Assembly: GCA_964491265.1 (NCBI GenBank)
Contig: CAZBFP010000002.1
Span: 134,288 to 198,287, forward strand
Reading direction: 5' to 3'
DNA from: an uncultured Leptospirales bacterium
GTDB taxonomy: Bacteria > Spirochaetota > UBA4802 > UBA5550
Length of the DNA: 64,000 nt
The notes under the pieces were generated by a model that had not been told where the DNA came from, ran no database searches, and was given only the letters and a program-made list of their open reading frames with translations. Below are positions 39,333 through 50,050 of this stretch, piece by piece (positions within the stretch are counted from its first letter, which is position 1; every line of letters starts with the position of its first letter). Both the position numbers and the translations under genes were made by a program.

Positions 39333-41186
39333 TCAGAACAGTTCCTCCCGCATTCTTACCGGCGAGATGTCCCCTGTTTTAATGGAGTCCCTGATTGCCA
39401 GGGCCTGGGGGAGCACGTGGTTCATGAAAAATGAGGCTGTGGTTATTTTACTATCATAAAATGCAGCCTCTCTGTCTGAGTCTAAGAGATTTTTATATTC
39501 ATTACCCTTTCTTTGAGTAATCCCCTTATTTTTCAGAATTGATTCCATTTCCAGATCCGCAACCCCGGCCTGCCAGTAAAGAAGCCATGCTGCCATAACA
39601 TTCCCAGTAAGGTTAAGAAAGGGGTATGTGTTCACAACCGGGACCATAAATTTCTTATCTTTCATACATGAAGCGAAATAATCCGCTGTTTCTATGAGAG
39701 TATTTATCCCTTTTTCAAAAAGGGTGCTCAATTTTTCCAGATTGCCGCAGGGGGAGAACTTCACAAGAGTATTCTTCATTTCTATTATAAGATTATTGAA
39801 GTCTCTGCCGTTATTTTTATTCAGCTTTCTCAGTACAAGATCCATGGACTGAATGCCGTTTGTCCCTTCATAGATTGAGCCAATTTTCATATCTCTGAGA
39901 AGCTGTTCAACAGGATAATCTTTGCAGTATCCGTAGCCGCCGTATATCTGCATTGCTGTTTCTGTTATACGGAAACCTGTGTCTGTCCCGTATGCTTTAA
40001 GCACCGGAACCATAAATTCCATTATCCCCTGCCACTTTTCCGACTCTTCACCGGGGAGTGCTTTGCTATTGTCTATTGCATAGGCGCAAATATATACCAG
40101 GCCCCTGAGAGCATCCAGATGCGACTTCATCCAGAGGAGCATTCTTCTCACATCAGGATGATTGATAATGGCGACAGGTTTGGCATCGGGATTCATCATG
40201 TCCATGAGAGATTTCCCCTGGATTCTTTCCTTCGCGTATGCCAGTGCATGATGATAGGCAGCAGATCCGGTACTGAGACCCTGGATCCCCATGTTTATTC
40301 TCTCCTCTATCATCATTTTAAACATGATTTTCATTCCCTGCCGCTCCTCGCCAAGTAGTTCAGCGTAGCAGTCATCATTGTCTCCAAAACTTATGGAGCA
40401 TGTGGCATTACCCATAAGCCCCAGTTTATGCTCGATTCCTGTGATAGTGTAGTCATTCCGCTTTCCTAAAGTGCCGTCATCATTAAGAATAAATTTAGGA
40501 ACAAGAAAAATTGAAATACCTGAAGTTCCTTCAGGGTCCCCTTCAATTCTTGCAAGGATAGGATGAACAATATTTTCAAACATGTCGCAGTCGCCGCCTG
40601 AAATGAAAATCTTCTGTCCCTTGATTTTAAAGGTGCCATCCGGCTGCCTGTATGCCTTTGTTTTCAGCGCTCCCACGTCCGATCCGGCGTCCGGTTCAGT
40701 GAGCGCCATTGTGCCGCCGTAAGTCCCCTCGAGCATTTTATACATATACTTATTCTTCTGCTCTTCTGTACCGTAGTCATGAATCAGGTGAGATGCCCCC
40801 ACAGCCCCCCCTGAGTACATAAAGTATGCCATATGGAAAAGAAAGTTCTCCTGTGCAGCTGCTTCAATAACATAGGGCATCCCCTGGCCGCCGCAATCTT
40901 CAGGCGCGGAAATGGTAAACCAGCCTGCCTCTGCTACAATTTTCTGCAGATCGTGATAGCACTTCGGAACTTTCACCTCGCCATTTACAAGAGAGGCCCC
41001 CTCTCTGTCAGCTTCCGCCAGCCTGGGGAGAAGCTCCTTCTCTCCGATTTTCTGAGCCATGTCCAGGGTCATGTCAAAGGCATCCCTGGAACAGTGGGCA
41101 AATAAATCTTTATTAAGCAGGGAGTCGATTGCCAGAATTTCATATAAAATAAAATCCTGCTCCCGTCTGTTTGATATTAGTGACAT
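39333..41186 (-). CDS. Acyl-CoA dehydrogenase, long form with C-terminal extension
   Basis: ACAD N/M/C domains (GYGYCKDYPVEQLLRDMKIGSIYEGTNGIQ) plus an extra C-terminal region of about 150 aa. 617 aa. Confidence 0.8.
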   Translation of the reverse strand: MSLISNRREQDFILYEILAIDSLLNKDLFAHCSRDAFDMTLDMAQKIGEKELLPRLAEADREGASLVNGEVKVPKCYHDLQKIVAEAGWFTISAPEDCGGQGMPYVIEAAAQENFLFHMAYFMYSGGAVGASHLIHDYGTEEQKNKYMYKMLEGTYGGTMALTEPDAGSDVGALKTKAYRQPDGTFKIKGQKIFISGGDCDMFENIVHPILARIEGDPEGTSGISIFLVPKFILNDDGTLGKRNDYTITGIEHKLGLMGNATCSISFGDNDDCYAELLGEERQGMKIMFKMMIEERINMGIQGLSTGSAAYHHALAYAKERIQGKSLMDMMNPDAKPVAIINHPDVRRMLLWMKSHLDALRGLVYICAYAIDNSKALPGEESEKWQGIMEFMVPVLKAYGTDTGFRITETAMQIYGGYGYCKDYPVEQLLRDMKIGSIYEGTNGIQSMDLVLRKLNKNNGRDFNNLIIEMKNTLVKFSPCGNLEKLSTLFEKGINTLIETADYFASCMKDKKFMVPVVNTYPFLNLTGNVMAAWLLYWQAGVADLEMESILKNKGITQRKGNEYKNLLDSDREAAFYDSKITTASFFMNHVLPQALAIRDSIKTGDISPVRMREELF

Positions 41187-41210
41187 TGTATTACCCCCCC
41201 TAAATTTTTT

Positions 41211-42458
41211 CTATTCGTAAACCTTCTCTTCAGTTTCGTGTGCATTGACCGCGTCAAGCTCCACATCCCTTGTTTTACCGGCTTCAATGTTTTTCCCGTT
41301 TTCCTTGTACCATTCGGTCTGAATAATATGCTGCATTATTTCGTTGGTTCCAACCCATATCATGGAGAGCCTTATATCGCGGACAATTCTTTCAATAGGG
41401 AATACATTGGTGTAGCCAATACCCCCCATTACCTGCATACAGTCATTCGCCACTTCCCATGCTGTTTCAGTAATAAATTTTTTGCTCTGGGAAACCATTC
41501 TCCTTATTCGACCCGCAGAAACTTTCCCTGAATCTAATGCCAGAGCTGTTGTGTATGCCATTGACCTCATAGCGTCCATTTTCATGGAGCAGTCTGCAAT
41601 TTTAAATCCCACAGCCTGGAAATTCATTATAGGCTGGCCGAATGCTTTTCTCCTCGATGTGTATGATGTTGCTATCTCAAGTGCGGGCCTTACTGAACCT
41701 ATTGTCATTGCAGCGGTTCCAAATCTTTCAGGGACCATGTTTGTCATGAACACCTCAAAGCCGTTATGTATGCCGTTAAGGGCGTATCTTTCAGGAACTC
41801 TTACATTATCAAGAAGCAGCCGTCCCGCACCACCCCCCCGTACACCCATTAGTCCGTAAATATACTTTGACTCAACGCCTTTAACCCTCGGTATCATAAA
41901 ACATGTCATACGTTTATGAGGGGGGGCATCGGGCGCGGTAACAGCATATACCATAAACCAGTCAGCCCCTTCAGCTCCAACAATAAATCTTTTCTGGCCG
42001 CTGATAATCCAGTCATCGCCATCTTTCCTTGCAACAGTTGTTGCTCCGAAAAAATCTGAACCACCTCTCGGCTCAGTGAGGCACTCTGCAGCAAAGACCT
42101 CACCTTTGAGCAGTGGCACAACAATTTCCTGCTTAAGTTCCTCGCTTCCGTATTTGACAATGGCCTCACAGACAATATCAGCTCCCACACCCCAGAGGCA
42201 TGCCAGGGAGTAGCTTGCAACACCGATCTCCTCAGCCACAATAGCATCATCAACCCATCCCAGGCCGCGCCCCCCATATTCTGTGGGGAGTCTTATCCCC
42301 AGGAGATTCCTTCTGCCGCACTCCTGCAGGTACTCTTTTGGAAACTGAATCTCCTCAGCATCCATTGCCAGGATCATCTCCTTGGGTACCCATTTAGTAA
42401 ATTCCCTGGCCTCATCGCGCAGTTTAATCTGCGCATCTGTCATGTTAAAATCAAACAT
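41211..42458 (-). CDS. Acyl-CoA dehydrogenase
   Basis: 415 aa. ACAD fold with catalytic-region motifs (GGIGYTNVFPIERIVRDIRLSMIWVGTNEI). Confidence 0.8.
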   Translation of the reverse strand: MFDFNMTDAQIKLRDEAREFTKWVPKEMILAMDAEEIQFPKEYLQECGRRNLLGIRLPTEYGGRGLGWVDDAIVAEEIGVASYSLACLWGVGADIVCEAIVKYGSEELKQEIVVPLLKGEVFAAECLTEPRGGSDFFGATTVARKDGDDWIISGQKRFIVGAEGADWFMVYAVTAPDAPPHKRMTCFMIPRVKGVESKYIYGLMGVRGGGAGRLLLDNVRVPERYALNGIHNGFEVFMTNMVPERFGTAAMTIGSVRPALEIATSYTSRRKAFGQPIMNFQAVGFKIADCSMKMDAMRSMAYTTALALDSGKVSAGRIRRMVSQSKKFITETAWEVANDCMQVMGGIGYTNVFPIERIVRDIRLSMIWVGTNEIMQHIIQTEWYKENGKNIEAGKTRDVELDAVNAHETEEKVYE

Positions 42459-42459
42459 T

Positions 42460-42861
42460 TCATTTCCCCCCTTTATTGTTATTGTTAATTTCCGACTTTC
42501 TTTTCAGAAGTTTATTTTTAAGTGCAAGCAGATCCTTCTCGAATATTTCCATCTCTCTTATGTGGGTTTCCACCTCTATCTGCTTTTTCTCCAGATAATA
42601 GAGACTTTTATCTATCTGATTAAGCTCATTAATATCAGTGTCAGCAAAGCCTATCATTTCCGAAATCTCCTGAAGTGTGGCTCCGAACCGCTTCCCCCTC
42701 AGAATAAGCTTAAGTCTTATCCTGTCTTTTTTGGTGTAGACCCTCTGGTTGCCTGATGTTCTTTCCGGAGAAATAAGCCCCTTCTCCTCGTAGAACCGAA
42801 TTGTGGAGGTGCTGATATCAAGTTCTGAAGCGAGCTCAGAAATTGTGAATTTATCTTTCAT
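42460..42861 (-). CDS. MerR-family transcriptional regulator
   Basis: FTISELASELDISTSTIRFYEEKGLISPERTSGNQRVY HTH with a coiled-coil tail. Heads the operon with the two ACAD genes. Confidence 0.8.
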   Translation of the reverse strand: MKDKFTISELASELDISTSTIRFYEEKGLISPERTSGNQRVYTKKDRIRLKLILRGKRFGATLQEISEMIGFADTDINELNQIDKSLYYLEKKQIEVETHIREMEIFEKDLLALKNKLLKRKSEINNNNKGGK

Positions 42862-43055
42862 CAGGTATGGTATCCCTTTTAGTTAAAGTTAAAGTGAGCT
42901 TTAACTATTTACTGTAATTTGTCAATGGTTTTTTATATCATTAAGGAGTAATAGAGATAAGCCTTAAAAAAAGCCTGCAGAGAATCTGCAGGCAGAAGAG
43001 TAGTTGAAATAGTGAGCGGTATTTGGGTATAGAGAATTTAGAAATGCAGTCAGTA

Positions 43056-43997
43056 CTATTTATTTACATTGCCGCATTGAATTTTAAACATATCACCTGC
43101 ACCGTCATATTTAAGGGGCCGGTATTTCCCGCCGGTATAGTCCTCCTGAAATGTTATCTGCGGGTAGACCCAGCATTCACCCTTGCTGTCCTTTACTGCA
43201 GCAGCAGCACGGATATAGCGGTGGAGAATGGCATTGGTAACATTGTGACGGCGTACCATCCATTCTGAGTCGATAATTACCAGTCGGATTATATCTTTAT
43301 TAGCCTTAATGCGTCCGGTTTTCCAGTCATTTGAGTTTTTAATAGCCTTTATCATATCAGCTTCGGTCTTTTTATTCTTCATTTTCGCCTGAGGCATGCG
43401 CGCCTTATCAGCAGCACCTGAGTCTGCACCGCTTATCATTGCAGTCATCATTGTACCGTAGGCAGCGTAGTTGTTCCCTTCAATAGTGAAGTCCCCTTTT
43501 GCAACTTCCTGATAATTGAATTTTACCGATACTGTAATGCTGTAAGTACCTCCAGGGAGTGTGCGGAAAAGATCAGCAATTTTAATGGGGCCTTCACATG
43601 CGGCAGGGTTTGGGTATTTTTTATAAATAACATCATCTTTAACATAGGCGCTCATCTTCTGCGGGTCGGGGAGAATATCAAAAGCAAAATGTTTTCTACC
43701 CAGTGCAGCCTCACCGGCTGTTCCGTTTGTGTAGATTGTATCATTGTCTTCAACATCAACAACGATTTCTACTGTTCCTTTCTTCATTGAGGGGTTCCCA
43801 GCAAGCCCTTTAAATGTGTCAGGTAGAGATGCCAGACCGTAAATGGTATCTCCCGATTTAAAGCTCCCTGTAAGATTTGCCGGTTTTGCCGGGTCAATTG
43901 GAGATTTGGAAAATACAATTTTACCGGTACTTTGTGCCTGTAAATTAATTGCGGATGTGATAATAAGTATGCATAAAAAAATTAGAAATTTTCTCAT
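43056..43997 (-). CDS. Secreted hypothetical protein
   Basis: Signal peptide MRKFLIFLCILIITSAINLQA with AGGAGA RBS. The ORF-track start at 44138 is an unsupported extension. No known domain. Confidence 0.5.
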   Translation of the reverse strand: MRKFLIFLCILIITSAINLQAQSTGKIVFSKSPIDPAKPANLTGSFKSGDTIYGLASLPDTFKGLAGNPSMKKGTVEIVVDVEDNDTIYTNGTAGEAALGRKHFAFDILPDPQKMSAYVKDDVIYKKYPNPAACEGPIKIADLFRTLPGGTYSITVSVKFNYQEVAKGDFTIEGNNYAAYGTMMTAMISGADSGAADKARMPQAKMKNKKTEADMIKAIKNSNDWKTGRIKANKDIIRLVIIDSEWMVRRHNVTNAILHRYIRAAAAVKDSKGECWVYPQITFQEDYTGGKYRPLKYDGAGDMFKIQCGNVNK

Positions 43998-44380
43998 AAC
44001 AGCTATCTCCTGTAATATAATATTTACCAGTCCGGCTTCACTCTGAATATATGGCCCGAATCTGGTGTGTTTGCTGTCCGGGAATCTCCTCTGAGATAGT
44101 AGTGTGTAATATGTATAATGGCACTTTAAAAATGTCAAGGCTTAAACCCCCTGAATCATCGTTGAAGGAGTTTTAATGCTGTAAAAAATTGTCCGCAGAT
44201 AATGCACTTTATAATGTATTATTTTTTGTTTAGAAGTACTAATTCAGGTGAAAAACCTGATTAATTACCGGTTTTTTGTGAATAACTTTGGCAATTAATA
44301 TTGACGTCTATGCTATAATGTTTAATTATTTGAAATATGGATTAATCTTTTTTTTTACAAAGGTGATAGTCCTATTCACT

Positions 44381-45223
44381 ATGAGGTCTGGTGGAAAAAA
44401 GGGTAGAATGAGAATAATTAAACTTATATTTTTTATGATTCTGGTTATGCCATTAATGCTCCTTCTTTCAGGGTGCTTTGATGATTCTATTCTTGATGCT
44501 ATGATCTCTGAGGGAGATTTTGTTGCGCCCTTTGATGTTGTGGTTACTCTTGATAAAACCCGGCGATCAGTATATTTCCCGATTGCTGATACCGGAAGAT
44601 TGGATATTGTCAAACCTGGAGATGATGCCACTTATACTGATGTACCAGATGCTCCCGATTTTGAAATACAATTAGATGTTACTTTGCCGGATGATACTTT
44701 TTCAGATAATGACATAGTAATTGATAAAGTTACAGGACTGGTATGGACAAGATGTTCAATTTCAGGGATAAATACGGTTAATAGTCATAATGACTGTGTC
44801 GGAGTGAATGCTGCAATTGAATGGGCTAATGCGGTTACTTCCTGTGAAGCATTGAATGATGTGAATGATGGTCAGGGTTATGCAGGGTATAAAAACTGGC
44901 GTTTACCCCGCCTCCCTGAATTGCTGTCAATTGTTGATTATGAAGAAATTAATCCTGCTGTAGATGAAAGTCTTTTCCCAAATATTGAGCATGCTACAGA
45001 CGAAGGATATTGGACATATACTTCTCAACTTTTCATTGATGATGATAACAATACTACTGATAATGGCTGGATTGTATTTTTTAATTCAGAAGTTCCTCAG
45101 ACAGGATTATATGATGGGGCAGTTTTTGAAATTCCTAATATTACTGTATTTAAACGAAAGTTGAAATCTGATCTAACATTCGAAAAGCAGTTTGCCCGGT
45201 GTGTAACAGGGGGGGCAGATTGA
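44381..45223 (+). CDS. DUF1566 (Lcl C-terminal domain) lipoprotein
   Basis: Lipobox LLLSGC. VTGLVWTRC...WRLPRLPELLSIVDYEE is the DUF1566 signature. Start chosen at MRSGG (44381) after AGGTGA. Confidence 0.65.
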   Translation: MRSGGKKGRMRIIKLIFFMILVMPLMLLLSGCFDDSILDAMISEGDFVAPFDVVVTLDKTRRSVYFPIADTGRLDIVKPGDDATYTDVPDAPDFEIQLDVTLPDDTFSDNDIVIDKVTGLVWTRCSISGINTVNSHNDCVGVNAAIEWANAVTSCEALNDVNDGQGYAGYKNWRLPRLPELLSIVDYEEINPAVDESLFPNIEHATDEGYWTYTSQLFIDDDNNTTDNGWIVFFNSEVPQTGLYDGAVFEIPNITVFKRKLKSDLTFEKQFARCVTGGAD

Positions 45224-45771
45224 AAAAAATTTCTTTTTTATTGTTAATAATTTCATTTGCTGCTTCTGCATACAGTTTTAAGTCTTATTCAGTCTTAACA
45301 CGAGGCATGATAAAAGATAATTCAACCGGACTGTTCTGGACCAGGTGTCCGCTTGCTGCGAATAATAAACCGGTTTATGATTTTAATTGTAATTCGGAGT
45401 TTAAAGCTTTTACATGGACTGAGGCAATAGATGCATGTAACAATCTTGTTTATGAAGGGAGATCTAACTGGCGCTTGCCAAATATTAAGGAACTTTCCAG
45501 TATATTGCAGCACAGGCATTATTCAGAATTTGAAAACTGTTCACAAATTAATGATGATGTTTTTCCAGGGATTATTAAAGAAGGGGATTGTTTTAATTTC
45601 TTTTCCGAAATACATTACTGGTCATCAACACCTCATAAAAATTATACAGTTGATGATAAAAACTGGTGGTTCATCGATTTCAAGTTCGGAACTATAGGGT
45701 TCAGTTCTGAAATTCATGGTTTTTTTGGTTTCCCGATAAAAAAATTCGTCCGCTGTGTCGCAGGCCCATAA
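45221..45771 (+). CDS. DUF1566 (Lcl C-terminal domain) secreted protein, paralog of the upstream gene
   Basis: STGLFWTRC...SNWRLPNIKELSSIL. Probable TTG start (LKKISFLLLIISFAASAYS signal). The ORF-track ATG at 45199 overlaps the upstream gene. Confidence 0.6.
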
Positions 45772-45790
45772 AGTATAAAGGAACCCTCCA

Positions 45791-46873
45791 TTGCATTTCA
45801 GAAAATTAATCTATCTTCTTCTACTCACTTCATTCCTCACCCTCCTGTCATGTTCGCAGAATCCCGAAGTAATTGAACACGGCATATTCGCCCCCAACAG
45901 ACTCGAATCTGTAATCGGTCAGGATGGCGTATGCTCCATAGACTTTGATGATAAAATCACCCTCTGGACATTTGCTGATACAATACTTGGTGAATGGAAG
46001 AGCGAAGATAAAATCTTAAGCGGCCTGATTAAAGATGACGCTGTATTCATGAAGATGATCCCCAACTCTCTTGCATGGACTGCTAAAACTGATAAAAAAA
46101 ATATCCATAATCCGGAATTTAACTTTATCCTTGAAAATGGAATAGTCACCCCCTTTATAAAAAACCGGAAAGATGAAGATCTCATGAAACATCGTCTCTG
46201 GGCTGTTGACGGGATAAGAATTGATGATGCCGTATACGTTTATTATCTGCATATTTATGTCCCTGACCCTGAAAAGCTTCTGGAGTTTGAAACACTCTAT
46301 GCAGGGCTTGCAAAGTGGGAAATACCGGAAGGGTGGTCACCTGGAGACCCGGTAGATTTTAAAAGGGTGGGAAAAATATTTAAAAACAATCCCCCTGCAT
46401 TCGGTTCTACTGTTGTAAAAAAAGATGGTTATATTTACACAGCCGGGCATTATAAGGGTGAAGGTTTAAGCTTCCCCATAAAAATAGCACGGGTTGAAAC
46501 CGGAAAAATAGAAAATAGTGATGATTACACTTTTCTTAAAAGTGACGGTACCTGGACAGGTGATATAAAGAAATCAGATTCATTTCTCGGTGATGTGTCA
46601 GGGGAGTGCTCTTTAAACTGGAATGAATATCTTAAGGAATATGTTATTATCTACGTAAGAGTATTCACAGGTGAGATAGTTCTTGTAAGATTCAAAGATT
46701 TTAAAGACCTGTCAGATGCAGAAAAAAAAGTTGTCTATAAAATCCCGGGAGAAGTAAAAGGGGCCATGTGGCATTACTCAGGGAAGGAGATTTATTCATC
46801 AGGGAGGAGCATATTTATGATCTATATCAACCCCGATACATACCAGCCCATGTTAGTAGAAATAAAGCTATAG
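45791..46873 (+). CDS. Hypothetical lipoprotein
   Basis: Lipobox LLSCS. 360 aa, no recognised domain. Confidence 0.5.
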   Translation: MHFRKLIYLLLLTSFLTLLSCSQNPEVIEHGIFAPNRLESVIGQDGVCSIDFDDKITLWTFADTILGEWKSEDKILSGLIKDDAVFMKMIPNSLAWTAKTDKKNIHNPEFNFILENGIVTPFIKNRKDEDLMKHRLWAVDGIRIDDAVYVYYLHIYVPDPEKLLEFETLYAGLAKWEIPEGWSPGDPVDFKRVGKIFKNNPPAFGSTVVKKDGYIYTAGHYKGEGLSFPIKIARVETGKIENSDDYTFLKSDGTWTGDIKKSDSFLGDVSGECSLNWNEYLKEYVIIYVRVFTGEIVLVRFKDFKDLSDAEKKVVYKIPGEVKGAMWHYSGKEIYSSGRSIFMIYINPDTYQPMLVEIKL

Positions 46874-46911
46874 GGTTTCTTTCAAGGAATGAGAAAATTT
46901 TCTTTTTTTAA

Positions 46912-47260
46912 ACCCTCTCCCGACTCGGCGGGCTTACTACTACCCACTTCTTAAACAGTACCCGGCTGATCCATTGTGCCCTCACCCCCGGCCCCTCTCC
47001 CATGAATAAACTTTAATGATAATTCATGTATTGATGCCGGGGAGAGGGGTGACCGTATAAAAAATGAACATTTGTTTGTTTTTATCCGAATTCTCCCCCT
47101 TCTCCCTCGGAAAAATAAGTACAAGGTATTATTTTTTATTATGGGAGAAGGGGGCCGGGGGGATGAGGGCATAAAAAAGTTCATAATATCGGTTTATTCA
47201 AAAGAGATTATTTATTTAAACTGACTTGTGGGTAGTAGTAAGCTCGGCGGGAGAGGGTGC
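46912..47260. repeat. Large nested palindromic element (about 350 bp) between convergent genes
   Basis: Outer IR CCCTCTCCCGACTCGGCGGGCTTACTACTACCCAC / GTGGGTAGTAGTAAGCTCGGCGGGAGAGGGTG. Inner IR GCCCTCACCCCCGGCCCCTCTCCCAT / ATGGGAGAAGGGGGCCGGGGGGATGAGGGC. Innermost partial IR around 47036-47109. Confidence 0.65.
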
Positions 47261-47293
47261 ACAAGCGATAGCGATGTGCGGGTGAGGGCAGCT

Positions 47294-50050
47294 TTAAAGA
47301 ATATCCACAACAATCATTGTGGCATCATCCTCAAAACCTTCAGTATTATAACTCCCTGACCATGAGTAAATATCCATAAAGCATTCATCAATAACCCTGG
47401 CCGGAGGGAGATCCCGAAGCTTAAGTAAGAGAGATTCTAATTTCTCCTCTCCATATATTTCACCGGAATTATCCCGCTCCTCAATAAGCCCGTCTGTAAA
47501 GAAGACAAGCCTGTCGCCATTCTCAATAGGGATGGTCACATTGCTGTATCCAGTGTCTTCCATGAGGCCTATAAGGCGCCCCTTTATTTTAAGGTGCACC
47601 AGCTCACCATTTTTTTTCAGCAGGTACATGGGCCAGTGAGCAGCATTAGAGAATGTGATTGTCATTTCATCAAGATCAATGTATGTATAAAATGCAGTAA
47701 TATATCTTCCGGAGAGATTGTGAAAAAGTGCTCTGTTAATCCCCTCAAGGAGCGCCGCGGGATCTTTCAGTCTTCCAGTGGAAGTGGTGAAGGCGATTTT
47801 AATCATAGTGCTTATAAGTGCAGCAGGAACTCCATGTCCGGTTACATCAGCAATAAAAACTCCGATTCTTTTTTCATCAAACTGGTGGAAATCATAAAAG
47901 TCCCCCCCTATCTCCGACATCGGTTCATATTTTGCCTTAATAGACAATCCTTCCAGTTCAGGAAGAGTTTCCGGGAGTATGGAGAGCTGAATATTCCGTG
48001 CAATGTCCAGCTCCTGACGAATTGCAATAAGGGCATTCTGCTCTTCAATCGCTTTTTTAAGCGACACATAATTCCGTACCCTGGCCAGGAGCTGATCTTT
48101 GTCAAAGGGCTTGGTTATATAATCATTGGCGCCCAGGCTCAGCCCTGTAATCATATCCTCGCTGGTGTTCTTGGCTGTAAGAAGAATTATGGGGAGCTGA
48201 TAAAAGCTTATTTTCTCTCTCACCCTTTTGCACACTTCAAAGCCCGACATCTCAGGCATCATCACATCAAGAAGAATAAGGTCAACATCGATTCCCGATT
48301 CAATGAGCTTAAGAGCCTCCATGCCGCTGGATGCGGACTCAACATTATAACCGTCAACTGAAAGGTGATTGATGAGTACCTGCAGATTGATAGGATCATC
48401 ATCAACAATGAGTACCGATCTCGCACCGCTGTTCCCCCGGTTTCTGAAGTTTTCTGTTATGCGGTTTTCATCTTTCACCGGAATAGATGATGACCTGATC
48501 TCCGAGTAACAGCTTTTTGCGGCTCCCCCTGCTGCCGGGAGAGTGAAGAAGAAGCTTGACCCTTTTCCCGGTTCAGATTTCACCCATATTGTTCCGCCAT
48601 GGAGTTCAATAAGATTTTTCGTTATTGATAGTCCCAGACCTGTGCCGCCGTATTTTCTTGAAGCTGAACCGTCGCTCTGTACAAAAGAATCGAATATGAT
48701 CTGCTGCTTTTCCGGGGTAATCCCCTCTCCGGTGTCGCTTATCTCTATAGTATAGTTGTTGCCGCTGATAGAGGAATTAATCCGTACTTCACCTGCGGGG
48801 GTAAACTTTACAGCATTGCCGATAAGATTCAGAAGGATCTGCTGAAGCCTGTTCTCATCAGCATTTACAAAATGTATCCCCGGCTCTATATTGTTGATTA
48901 AACTCAGATTTTTCTGATTAAGGGAACCGGAGATAATGGTAAAGACCATCTCAGTCATTGATCCCAGGTCTACACTTTTTTTATCAAGAATAATATCGCT
49001 GTTTCTTAGTAATGAGTAATCAAGTATATCATCAACAAGGGTTGCGAGCCTTCTGCTGCTTTTAAGTATCATTGAAAGGAGGTGTTTAATGTTGTCATTA
49101 AGCTCACCGCTGATCCCGTCCATTAGTGACTGGGTAAGTCCGATTATTCCATGTATGGGGGTTTTAAGTTCATGTGTGGTGTTTGCAAGGAATTCATCTT
49201 TAAGGCGGTCCATTTTCAGTAAGTCAATATTTGCTTGTTCGAGCTCACTTATTTTCTGATGAATCATAGCTGACATTTTATTGAATGTCGATGCAAGGTG
49301 ACCAATCTCGTCTTTGTTCTTTATTGTAACAGTATGGAGGTAATTCCCCTGCTCAATCTGACTGGCCCCTTCAGTGAGTTTTACTATCGGTCTTGAAAGG
49401 TATACTCCGAAAATTACAGCCATAAAAATAACAGTAATTAGTAAAACAACTGAAGCAATATTTACATATTTTTTGATCTCATAAATTGTAGAGAGTGCCA
49501 CCTTCTTTTCCATAATTGTTCGTGTCATGCATATGGGGGAATTATTCTGCATTGTGCCTATTGAGATAAATTCAATATAATCAGTATCAGTAAAAAACTC
49601 CCTGTATCCGCCGGCAAAGGATTTAATTTTTTCAATTTCATCAGGGGGGATCCTGTCATTGAATCTTGTAAACCCTGATATTTTATTATCGCTTATTATA
49701 GAAGCAAGAATAGTTCCGTTTAATGAAGGGCGTGATGAAAGGAGTACAGCGTCAGCATATACAAGTCCCTTCTTCTGAAGCGGCTCAAGCATATTTATCA
49801 TATCCTTAACATCAACCATCGATGCCCGCACATTGCCGCCATTCATAAAGAGAATGTTAACAACTGACTTGGAGAAGACGCTGGTATTTATACTGTTCTG
49901 GGCGATTATATAATCAAGCGCCTCTTTCTCCATTTTATTGATAACAAGTGTAGAGAATGGTACAACAAGAAGAGATGTGAGGATGATAAACATTATAATA
50001 ATTTTATTTTTTATGCTCATAATATTAACTCTATCTCTGCAGCGCTTCAA
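47294..50050 (-). CDS. Hybrid sensor: membrane sensor domain, HisKA, HATPase_c, REC, PP2C (SpoIIE-type) phosphatase
   Basis: HisKA (FLANTTHELKTPIHGIIGL), HATPase (GGTGLGLSITKNLIELHGG), REC (VLIVDDDPINL...LLDVMMPEMSGFE), PP2C (GGDFYDF...IADVTGHGVPAAL). The start is possibly MSIKNK at 50020. Confidence 0.8.
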   Translation of the reverse strand: MKRCRDRVNIMSIKNKIIIMFIILTSLLVVPFSTLVINKMEKEALDYIIAQNSINTSVFSKSVVNILFMNGGNVRASMVDVKDMINMLEPLQKKGLVYADAVLLSSRPSLNGTILASIISDNKISGFTRFNDRIPPDEIEKIKSFAGGYREFFTDTDYIEFISIGTMQNNSPICMTRTIMEKKVALSTIYEIKKYVNIASVVLLITVIFMAVIFGVYLSRPIVKLTEGASQIEQGNYLHTVTIKNKDEIGHLASTFNKMSAMIHQKISELEQANIDLLKMDRLKDEFLANTTHELKTPIHGIIGLTQSLMDGISGELNDNIKHLLSMILKSSRRLATLVDDILDYSLLRNSDIILDKKSVDLGSMTEMVFTIISGSLNQKNLSLINNIEPGIHFVNADENRLQQILLNLIGNAVKFTPAGEVRINSSISGNNYTIEISDTGEGITPEKQQIIFDSFVQSDGSASRKYGGTGLGLSITKNLIELHGGTIWVKSEPGKGSSFFFTLPAAGGAAKSCYSEIRSSSIPVKDENRITENFRNRGNSGARSVLIVDDDPINLQVLINHLSVDGYNVESASSGMEALKLIESGIDVDLILLDVMMPEMSGFEVCKRVREKISFYQLPIILLTAKNTSEDMITGLSLGANDYITKPFDKDQLLARVRNYVSLKKAIEEQNALIAIRQELDIARNIQLSILPETLPELEGLSIKAKYEPMSEIGGDFYDFHQFDEKRIGVFIADVTGHGVPAALISTMIKIAFTTSTGRLKDPAALLEGINRALFHNLSGRYITAFYTYIDLDEMTITFSNAAHWPMYLLKKNGELVHLKIKGRLIGLMEDTGYSNVTIPIENGDRLVFFTDGLIEERDNSGEIYGEEKLESLLLKLRDLPPARVIDECFMDIYSWSGSYNTEGFEDDATMIVVDIL

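Noticed and set aside
46951-47184. 77-aa minus-strand ORF inside the nested palindrome
   Set aside because: It is composed of palindrome arms (Pro/Gly/Arg-rich from GC repeats), with no RBS or homology. An artefact of the repeat.
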